DNA from: Syntrophorhabdaceae bacterium
GTDB taxonomy: Bacteria; Desulfobacterota; Syntrophorhabdia; Syntrophorhabdales; Syntrophorhabdaceae
NCBI GenBank assembly: GCA_963665295.1
Contig: OY762209.1
Coordinates: 1 to 64,000 of the forward strand
DNA length: 64,000 nt
Direction: 5' to 3'
Shown: positions 56,376 through 64,000 of the stretch, one piece after another
How the letters are laid out: each line of letters opens with the position of its first letter
Numbering within the stretch: position 1 is the first letter of the stretch
Program-made: the position numbers and the translations under genes
Notes under the pieces: generated by a model
Told to the model about the DNA's origin: nothing
Databases searched by the model: none
The model's input: only the letters and a program-made list of their open reading frames with translations

Positions 56376-57278
56376 ATGAAAACAATCAAAGGCATTTTTA
56401 TCATGGCAGTTGCCCTCGTTATCCTGGGCGGGAGCATCGTGAGTGCGTCGGCTTTGGAATGGGTGTGGGACGATCCTTAAACGGTCTCCACAAAGGTTGC
56501 GCGAATCGCGGCAGGGGATGAATTGTACGGAATCGATCAGGCGGGAAATGTGTTTGCCCTCACCTTATCAACTACCGAACCGGGGGTTGCCGCTGTTGCA
56601 GGGCCGGTATCGCAGGTCCTCGACATCGGCGTCGGACCGGAGGAGGCCGTATTGGCGGTTATGGCGAACCTGATCGCAACATGGACCACCCCGTCCACCT
56701 TTACGCCCCTGCCCGAGCAGCCGAAGGTCCCCGTATCGCCGGGTTCCTATAAGGAGATCGCCGTAGGCAGCAATGGATACATCTACGTCCTCTTCGAGAA
56801 GCAGACGGGCGAGCAGTGCATTCTCAAGGGGCGCGGCATAAACGAAAACATGACGGTCCATTTTGACCCGAGAACCCTTGACCTCAAAAGCAAGGGGAAC
56901 TGGGTGCTCAGCAAGCTGAGCCTGCCCGCCGGCTACACCGCAAAGGACATCGATCCCGATTCCGTCGAAATAACGAGGCTCCAGGCAACGGTTTCCGGAG
57001 GCACACCTGTGGATGCGTCTGTGAGCATTTTTCGCGCGCCGGGATCGCCATCGAGCACGAGCAAAGACCATCTCGATGTACGGTTCCTTCGCTACGACAA
57101 GGGGAACCCGGGCAACCCCCAGTCTCTCAATGCGGTACTTACCGGCATTCTTCCTGCCCCCGGCGTGAAGAAGGTCGACTATGCGGTAACGGCAACCCTT
57201 CTTGCCCAACTGAAGACCACGGGCGAGTGGTTTGAAGGCACGGGCACTTTCAAAGTGACTGTCCACAAAGCGAAATAG
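56376..57278 (+). pseudogene. Secreted protein interrupted by an in-frame TAA (56478-56480)
   Basis: The signal-peptide ORF and the 56523..57278 ORF share a frame and are separated by one stop; C-terminal P.TL.LKS.G.W...LP.GY...DID..S domain. Confidence 0.8.
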
Positions 57279-57293
57279 GGCAGCCCCCGCAAG

Positions 57294-57331
57294 GAAAGAG
57301 GGACCGCGTATTCTCCGTGGGTCCCTCTTTC
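57294..57331 (+). terminator. Terminator-like hairpin
   Basis: GAAAGAGGGACC...GGTCCCTCTTTC just after the 57278 stop. Confidence 0.6.
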
Positions 57332-57417
57332 TCCCACCCCGACGGCACTGAGCATGCCCCTGCGTCCTTCATAATTTTTCATAATCCCTTCGACAGCCTT
57401 TCACATTATTCCTTTAG

Positions 57418-57528
57418 AAAGAGTTTGTGTTGAAGGGCATCCGCGTCGAGAGCGAGAAACAGACCATTCGGGAGATTGCGGCACGTAACAACAAAGGGGG
57501 CGCCGATATCCTGGGCTTGATCTTCTGA
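57418..57528 (+). pseudogene. Start-less 3' gene remnant
   Basis: KEFVLKGIRVESEKQTIREIAARNNKGGADILGLIF* resembles C-termini seen on DUF4405 proteins; it is preceded by a stop. Confidence 0.35.
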
Positions 57529-57659
57529 GTGAGGCAATCCTGCAAGGGCGGGCAATGGTCCGGTCCTCCCCTCCCTCGCAGGATTGCCCTGAATTCGGAT
57601 ATAACGCTCACCCGTCCCGCGCCCCGGAAACGACGGACCTCTCCGGAAACGCAATGGGG

Positions 57660-59273
57660 TTACGTCCTGAAGCCGCTCACCGAATCCTCCAGCGTGACTG
57701 AGAGGCCGGAGAGTTCATGGGCGGCCTGGGTCAACTGTTCCGCGGCGTCGGAGGAATCCTTCGTGACATTTGCCACCTGTTCAATATCCTTTGCGATCTC
57801 ATCGGTGGTGGAATTCATTTCCTCTATGGCTGCGGCTATCTGCTGTACCATTGACTGGAGATCGGCGGAATTGTTCACGATCTCGTTGAGGGCGATGCCA
57901 GCCTCATTGGAGAATTCGACGCCGAGTTTCACGCTCCCGGAGGCCTCGCTCATGGACTGCACCGCCTTGTCGACGCCCGTCTTGACAGTGTTGATCATGC
58001 CGCCTATCTCCTGGGTGGACTTGGTGGTCCTCTCCGCGAGTTTCTTCACCTCGTCCGCGACAACGGCAAAGCCTCTGCCTGCCTCACCTGCCCTGGCTGC
58101 CTCGATTGCCGCGTTCAGGGCGAGGAGATTGGTCTGATCCGCAATGTCGTTGATAACGAGGACGATCTCTCCTATCTTCTCCGACTGGTGACCGAGTTCC
58201 TTCACGAAGTCGGAGGACTTGTTCACCGTCCTGGCGATCTCCTTTACCTTGCTCACCGATTTATTCACAATCCCGTTACCGTTCTTCGCAGTATGGACCA
58301 TCTCCTTGGCGGACTCGGATATGTTGTTCGCGTTCCTGGCGATGTCGAGGGATGCCTGGGACATCTCCTCGGACGCGGTGGATACCTGGATCGTCCTCTC
58401 CACCTGGGTTGAAGCGCCCCTTGCGAGCCGGTCGGCGCTCTCGTTCATCTCATGGCTCGCGGACGCGACCCTGGTGGCAGAGGACTTCACCTCGGTAATG
58501 AGGATTTTCCACTTTTCCACCATACCCTTGAATGCCTTCATCTCATCCCCGAACTCGTCCTTCCTGTCCACGGTAACATCTATGGAGAGATTCCCCTCTG
58601 CGAGGGTCTTCGCCGTCTCTATGCTTCTTCGGATGGGAGATGTAATGCTTCGGGTGATTGTCATGCTTACCAGGACGCCGAGGACGATGGCGACTATCGC
58701 GAATACCACCAATATGATCCACGCCTTGCGAATAGTGGTTTCTATTTCCTTGCGCTTCTCCTGAATGCCTTTTTCCTGAAAATCGGCCACTTCCTTCAAA
58801 ATAACCGCCCTGCGCGCCGAGGCAGGTACCATGACCGTGATATACAGTTGTACCGCCTCCTCGAAGTTGTTTTCATTAAAGGCCTTCATTATCTTGCCGA
58901 AAGCCCCTTTGCCGCCCGCCATGTCCGACATGAGCTTGTTGATGAGGTCTTTGCCCGCCTGGTCTGTTTCCAGGCTTTCGAGCTTCCCGAGGGCATCCAT
59001 GAGAACCTTTTCTCTATCGAGGATTCCGTCGAATGCCGACTTGTTCTTCGTCATTATACCGAGGCAGATCGCGTTTTCAATTGCCCGCACCGCAGTGTCT
59101 ATGGTGGTGGCCAGGGATGCTTTCCGGACATTGATGTCCAGGATTTCACTTACCCTGTTACCGACCTTGTTCATGCTCACAAAACTGATGGCAGAGGCAA
59201 CGATGACAATGAGGGTAAATACGGCGAATGCCCCCGCGAGTCTCTTACCGATGGGAATGTTCTTTAGGGCCAT
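57660..59273 (-). CDS. Methyl-accepting chemotaxis protein (4HB sensor-HAMP-MA)
   Basis: [33 protein letters not shown] motif and 2 TM helices. Confidence 0.96.
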   Translation of the reverse strand: MALKNIPIGKRLAGAFAVFTLIVIVASAISFVSMNKVGNRVSEILDINVRKASLATTIDTAVRAIENAICLGIMTKNKSAFDGILDREKVLMDALGKLESLETDQAGKDLINKLMSDMAGGKGAFGKIMKAFNENNFEEAVQLYITVMVPASARRAVILKEVADFQEKGIQEKRKEIETTIRKAWIILVVFAIVAIVLGVLVSMTITRSITSPIRRSIETAKTLAEGNLSIDVTVDRKDEFGDEMKAFKGMVEKWKILITEVKSSATRVASASHEMNESADRLARGASTQVERTIQVSTASEEMSQASLDIARNANNISESAKEMVHTAKNGNGIVNKSVSKVKEIARTVNKSSDFVKELGHQSEKIGEIVLVINDIADQTNLLALNAAIEAARAGEAGRGFAVVADEVKKLAERTTKSTQEIGGMINTVKTGVDKAVQSMSEASGSVKLGVEFSNEAGIALNEIVNNSADLQSMVQQIAAAIEEMNSTTDEIAKDIEQVANVTKDSSDAAEQLTQAAHELSGLSVTLEDSVSGFRT

Positions 59274-59340
59274 ACAATCCTCCTCCTTCTTCTTCTCTTC
59301 ATATTTACTAACCGGTTACTAATTACTCGGACTGTAGATT

Positions 59341-59367
59341 TTATCGGTCCATCGGGAATATTCTTAA
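59341..59367 (-). promoter_or_regulatory. Sigma28-type promoter
   Basis: TTAAGAAT-N11-ACCGATAA upstream of the MCP. Confidence 0.7.
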
Positions 59368-59542
59368 GTGACCGCGAGGAGACAAGTCTTAATCTCCGGG
59401 AGGAAGACGGAGATCCGAAGTCCTTTCTGCTTATTGAATATATTCGGGGCGACGGGTATACTTACCTCGATTATTGCAGCCCATCACATCAAGGGTTGAA
59501 AGGTTAAAAGGTTTCGAGGACCACGGATATAGGCGGTGATGG

Positions 59543-60514
59543 TTGAAAAAGACACGTGTTTGCGATCTTTTCGGTGTTGACTATGCCCTCGTACAGGGTG
59601 GAATGCTCTGGCTTGCAGACGCCGGATTGGCGGCGGCCGTTTCAAACGCCGGTGCCATGGGCATCATAAGCCCGTATGCAGGAATGAAACAGGGCGGAGA
59701 TCCCGTGGAAAACCTTCGCTCCCAGATCGCCCGGGCAAGAGAATTGACGGACAAGCCCTTCGGCGTCAATATCCCCCTGGACTTGCCCTTGAGCGGCATC
59801 CTTGTGGATACCCTTTTTCGGGAAAAGGTCGGGGTGGTGGTGACCGCGGCGGGAAGTCCCGCCCTTTTCACGGAACTGCTCCACTCAGGCGGGGCAAAGG
59901 TTCTTCATGTGACGAGTTCCGTCAGGCAGGCGCAATTCGCCGAGTCCTGCAACGTGGACGCGGTGATTGCGGAAGGCGTGGAAGCGGGAGCCCGTTCAGG
60001 GTTCGACGAACTTGCCGCCTTCTCCTTGATCCCCCAGATCGCCGACGCGGTCTCGATACCGGTTATCGCCGCAGGCGGAGTCGTGGACGGGCGGGGGATT
60101 GCCGCAGCGATCGCGCTGGGGGCGGAGGGCGTGCAAATGGGCACGAGGTTCGTGGCGGTCAATGAGAGTATCGCGCACCCTAAATACAAAGAGGCCCTTA
60201 TTGCCGCCCTGGATACGGACACGGTGATGACGGCCCGCCAACTCGTACCCACGAGAAGCCTCAAGTCCGGGTTTACCATGAAGATGTGGGAACTGGAAAG
60301 GTCCGGCGCTTCCGCCGAACGGCTCCGGGAGGTCATGGGACGCGGCCGGGCAAGAAAGGCCCAGATAGACGGGGACCTGACCGAGGGGGACGCCTACGCC
60401 GGATCCTCCGTCGGTTTGATCAAGGATATCGTTCCCGTAGGGGCGCTGGTGCGGAGGCTGATAAGGGAGTATGAGGAAACCGTGGAAAGAATGGCGCATT
60501 TCTCCCGGCCTTGA
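59543..60514 (+). CDS. Nitronate monooxygenase / FabK-like flavin oxidoreductase
   Basis: QGGM, AAAVSNAG..G, PFGVN, EG.EAG, IAAGG..DGRG and GVQMGTRF motifs. Confidence 0.9.
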   Translation: MKKTRVCDLFGVDYALVQGGMLWLADAGLAAAVSNAGAMGIISPYAGMKQGGDPVENLRSQIARARELTDKPFGVNIPLDLPLSGILVDTLFREKVGVVVTAAGSPALFTELLHSGGAKVLHVTSSVRQAQFAESCNVDAVIAEGVEAGARSGFDELAAFSLIPQIADAVSIPVIAAGGVVDGRGIAAAIALGAEGVQMGTRFVAVNESIAHPKYKEALIAALDTDTVMTARQLVPTRSLKSGFTMKMWELERSGASAERLREVMGRGRARKAQIDGDLTEGDAYAGSSVGLIKDIVPVGALVRRLIREYEETVERMAHFSRP

Positions 60515-60607
60515 CTTTCCTTTTATATCCCTTTAAAAATGGTATATCATGATTTCAGGTCATGAAAGAGCGCAGCCGGTCTTAAGGCGGCTCCGGGAGA
60601 TCGTACT

Positions 60608-62149
60608 TTGTCGGACCTTATTCTCATAAACGCCAATGTGATTACCCTGGACCCCTCGTTCCCGAAGGCGGGGCTTATCCGCGTCAGCAACGGGAGGATC
60701 GCCGGACTTTCGGCGGACGGCGCCTGCGGAAAATCGAAAAGCCCGAAGGCAGCGGTCATCGATTGCCGCGGAAAAACCGTGGTGCCCGGTTTCATTGACC
60801 CACACTGCCATCTGGTTTCCTACGGCGATAGCTTTATAAGCCTCGACGTGGGGCCGCGAAATGTGTCCTCCATCGCGGATATGCTGAATATGGTAAAGGA
60901 GGCCGCCCTCGGGCTTCCACCGGGGACCTGGATCAAGGCTCGCGGATACAATGAATTTTACCTGGCCGAGAAGAGGCATCCTACCCGGTGGGACCTCGAT
61001 GCCGTGTCGCCCCTTCATCCCGTGAGAATTACCCACCGGTCCGGACACGCCCACCTGTTGAACAGCCTGGCCCTTCAACGTGTCGGTATTTCGGAAGAAA
61101 CCGGTGATCCCCCGGGAGGTCTGATTGACAGGGCTATCCCGACGGGAGAACCGACGGGCCTGCTCTATGGCATGGGCGAGACCCTCGCGCAATTTGTGCC
61201 GCCCACGCAAGGAGACCGGGCTGATCACGGAATCCGCCTCGCCGGTCACACATTGAGCGCCCTGGGCATTACGTCGGTCCATGACGCGTCTTCCCGAAAC
61301 GATCCGGACAGGCTGGATACCTTCCGCACCTGGAAGAAAAAGGGTCTTCTTCCGCAACGGGTGACCATGGCCCTGGGCTGGGAGGCATTCAAAAGACATC
61401 CGGAACGTGAGTCTGCTGCTCCCGGGGAAGATGATCATGTCCGCATAGAAGGGGTGAAGATCATCATCCATGAAATGACAGGTCGCCTTGCTCCGGGTCA
61501 GTCCGAATTGAACGAAATGGTCTTGCGGATACATGAGTCCGGATTTCAGGCGATCCTTCACGCCATCGAGGAGAAGGCAATCACTGCCGCCTGCGCCGCC
61601 ATCGAACATGCCCTTGAAACATTCCCGGGGGCCGACCACAGACACCGGATCGAACACTGCTCTGTCTGCCCTCCGGCCCTGGCAAAGAGACTCGCTTCCG
61701 CCAATATCACGGTGGTGACACAACCCGCATTTATCTACTACAATGGAGAGCGGTATCTCAACACAGTGGCAAGAGAGGATTTGGGGCACCTCTATCCTGT
61801 GGCCACCCTTATGGCGCACGGAGTCAGGGTGGCAGGCAGCTCTGATTTCCCCGTTGTTCCCCCTGACCCGCTGATTGGAATCTATAGCGCGGTTTCCCGG
61901 CGGTCCGAACAGGGAGAGCATGTTCTTCCCGAGGAAAGAATCACGCCCCTCGAAGCCCTCGCCTTGTTTACGGATAATGCGGCAAGGGCCTCCCGTGCGG
62001 AGACGCGCAGAGGGTCGATCCGACCGGGCAAGCTCGCCGACCTCGCAGTCCTGAGCGGCGATCCCACCGGTCTTCCCGAGGAAGCAATCAAGGATATCCG
62101 CGTGGATATGACGATTATCGACGGAGAGGTGGTGTGGGAGAGGAAATGA
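60608..62149 (+). CDS. Amidohydrolase (YtcJ/amidohydrolase_3 family)
   Basis: PGFID.H.H, GH...NS.AL, HAI, RIEH, SSD.P and G.I.PGKLADL motifs. Confidence 0.9.
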   Translation: MSDLILINANVITLDPSFPKAGLIRVSNGRIAGLSADGACGKSKSPKAAVIDCRGKTVVPGFIDPHCHLVSYGDSFISLDVGPRNVSSIADMLNMVKEAALGLPPGTWIKARGYNEFYLAEKRHPTRWDLDAVSPLHPVRITHRSGHAHLLNSLALQRVGISEETGDPPGGLIDRAIPTGEPTGLLYGMGETLAQFVPPTQGDRADHGIRLAGHTLSALGITSVHDASSRNDPDRLDTFRTWKKKGLLPQRVTMALGWEAFKRHPERESAAPGEDDHVRIEGVKIIIHEMTGRLAPGQSELNEMVLRIHESGFQAILHAIEEKAITAACAAIEHALETFPGADHRHRIEHCSVCPPALAKRLASANITVVTQPAFIYYNGERYLNTVAREDLGHLYPVATLMAHGVRVAGSSDFPVVPPDPLIGIYSAVSRRSEQGEHVLPEERITPLEALALFTDNAARASRAETRRGSIRPGKLADLAVLSGDPTGLPEEAIKDIRVDMTIIDGEVVWERK

Positions 62150-62192
62150 CCCGTTTCAAAGGCGGGGCGGACCGCGCGCCCCGTTGACAGTC

Positions 62193-63380
62193 CTACGAAA
62201 TTATTCCCTTCTCACGGTAACGGGAAAACTCTTCCTCCGTCAGGCCGAGCAGTTCTCTGAATACGTATCGATTATCTTCACCTAGTTGCGGCGCTGCCTT
62301 CCAGTCGATATTCTCATCTTCCCCGAACCGGATCGGCGACCTGTCGCTCAAGGTGCGGCCCAGGACCGGATGATCGAGGGGAATGAAAAATTGCCTCGCC
62401 GTGAGCTGAGGGTCATGGGCCAGACCCTCAGCATCTTGTACGACACCGGCCGGAACGCCCGCATCCTGAAGAAGGGCAACCGCCTCCTCCGGGGACCGCT
62501 CAGCCGTCCACCGTCCTATCAACCTGTCAAGTTGCTCCCCATTCGACCTCCGCCCGGACAAGGTCCGAAAACGGTCGTCATCAGGCAGGTCAATACGGTC
62601 CATTACCCTGCAGAGCGCCCGCCATTCATCTTCCGTAGACGCGGAAATAACGCACCACCTGTCCGTCCCCCGGCACGGGTAGCATCCCGAAGGGGATGGA
62701 TCGACGTGGCCCGAGCGATTGCCCCGGGGGCGCGCTGCAGGCTGACTCATGGACACATCCAGGATGGCCGGTCCCATAAGCGTGCAGAGGGCCTCATACC
62801 CGGAGAGGTCGACGTGCCGCCCTTCATCCGTCCTGGACCGGTTCTCCAGGGCTGCGAGCACTGCCAGGGCCCCATAAAGGCCGATCACATGGTCGCCGTA
62901 AGCATACCCCATGCCCAGCGGCCGGTCGCCGTCAAAGGAACTGAGGCGGGTAAGGCCCGAAAGGGCATGAAGGGTGGGCCCGAAAGCGACATGGTCTTTC
63001 CACGGCCCGGTTTGACCCATGGCCGACATGCTCACCATAATGATCCGGGGGTTCACTTCCTTCAATTTCTCATAGGTCAAACCCCAATTGGCCATGACCC
63101 GGGGCGCAAAATTCTCTATAACCACGTCGCTGACCCTGGAAAGGCCCAATGCCAACTCCTTTGCTTCAGGATGACTCATGTCGAGGGTAATACTTCGTTT
63201 GTTGCGGTTCCATGCGCTGAAATACCCGGTATGGTTCGATTCAACCCCTTTTACCGTTTTCAGCGATTGCACTTTGATGACCTCGGCGCCGAAATCGGCA
63301 AGGACCCTCGTTGCATAGGGTCCCGCCAGCACCCATGTAAAATCGAGAACCCTCAGTCCTTTCAATATTCCGTCAGTCAT
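62193..63380 (-). CDS. Family III CoA transferase (CaiB/BaiF)
   Basis: L.GLRVLDFT..LAGP, GAEVIKV, NRNKRSITLD, ENF.P, G.TGPW and AP.LGED motifs. Confidence 0.93.
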   Translation of the reverse strand: MTDGILKGLRVLDFTWVLAGPYATRVLADFGAEVIKVQSLKTVKGVESNHTGYFSAWNRNKRSITLDMSHPEAKELALGLSRVSDVVIENFAPRVMANWGLTYEKLKEVNPRIIMVSMSAMGQTGPWKDHVAFGPTLHALSGLTRLSSFDGDRPLGMGYAYGDHVIGLYGALAVLAALENRSRTDEGRHVDLSGYEALCTLMGPAILDVSMSQPAARPRGNRSGHVDPSPSGCYPCRGTDRWCVISASTEDEWRALCRVMDRIDLPDDDRFRTLSGRRSNGEQLDRLIGRWTAERSPEEAVALLQDAGVPAGVVQDAEGLAHDPQLTARQFFIPLDHPVLGRTLSDRSPIRFGEDENIDWKAAPQLGEDNRYVFRELLGLTEEEFSRYREKGIIS

Positions 63381-63440
63381 TGAACGTCCTTTGCCTTCGA
63401 AAGCCCCGGCCGGGCCTTCGAATTATCGCGGGAAGTCTCA

Positions 63441-64000
63441 TCAGATGACATGTAACCGTGAGAGCCTCGCAATCTCTTTTTCCGAAAGGCCCAGTTCATC
63501 GCAATAGACCCGGCGATTATCCTCTCCGAGAAAGGGCGCCCGTCTCGTCCGGCGCGGGGCCGATCCGTCGAACCTGTAAGGCGCTCCCGGGAATGCCGGT
63601 ATTCCTCCTGATCCGGGATGGTCCGTGGAGGAAAAGAACTGTCGTGCAAGTAGCTGGGGGCTGCGGAGAACATCTTCAACCCCGGACACCGGGGCCCAGG
63701 GGAACCGCATGGCCTGTGCCGTCTCAAAAAGCTCCCCTCCATCATGGGTGCGCGTCCATCTCTCCAGTACATCCATGATATGGCCCACGTTCACCTTGCG
63801 ATAATCCTCGTCCTTCCATTTCTCATCCGTGAGGTCCTCCGCCATTCCCTCGGCTGCCATCCATTCAACGAGGGTCTCCCACTGGCTCCCGATATTCACA
63901 TGTATGTGACCGTCCTTACACGGCAGTATGAAAGAAGACCGGTTCCAGGCGAGATTCCCTTGCCGCTTCGGGATGATCCCATCATAGAGATAGCGGACCA
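63441..64000 (-). CDS. Family III CoA transferase, C-terminal part (5' end lies outside the window)
   Basis: PCKDG, PQL.ARQFF, FPGAP and RAP.LGEDN motifs. Confidence 0.85.
   Translation of the reverse strand, partial: VRYLYDGIIPKRQGNLAWNRSSFILPCKDGHIHVNIGSQWETLVEWMAAEGMAEDLTDEKWKDEDYRKVNVGHIMDVLERWTRTHDGGELFETAQAMRFPWAPVSGVEDVLRSPQLLARQFFSSTDHPGSGGIPAFPGAPYRFDGSAPRRTRRAPFLGEDNRRVYCDELGLSEKEIARLSRLHVI

Overview
64 kb of bacterial chromosome of moderately high GC. The gene content suggests an anaerobic Desulfobacterota/Syntrophorhabdus-like organism (inference). I saw no rRNA, intact tRNA, CRISPR array or transposase. Main blocks: (1) housekeeping-type genes at 1-6 kb (divergent GalT-like protein, holA, site-2 protease, EamA, metallophosphoesterase, TiaS-N-like protein); (2) a phosphorelay cluster at 6.5-12 kb preceded by sigma28-type promoters; (3) a VOC + split UxaA operon; (4) a DUF364/FmdE locus with a P3-less Moco-class (Tuco-type) riboswitch and a Rex-like operator; (5) a COG4185 zeta-like toxin/RHH pair; (6) a 13-kb co-oriented cluster joining orange-protein/Mrp Fe-S genes to YqeB, XdhC, IscU, an exported rhodanese, ModA, CoADR-rhodanese and MoeA; (7) an accessory region with many envelope genes; (8) a GlrK/QseG/GlrR-like sigma54 system with a readable regulon (TGTA-N10-TACA enhancers, an IHF site, -24/-12 promoters); (9) an MCP, a flavin oxidoreductase, an amidohydrolase and a pair of family III CoA transferases. 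Two observations stand out. The first operon of the sigma54 regulon encodes a catalytically dead HATPase and a stand-alone copy of the activator's own HTH, a possible built-in feedback brake. Separately, three dispersed paralogs of an unrecognised 85-aa protein share conserved non-coding flanks. The window also holds about ten gene remnants, frameshifts or nonsense mutations. All family calls come from reading motifs by eye, not from database searches.
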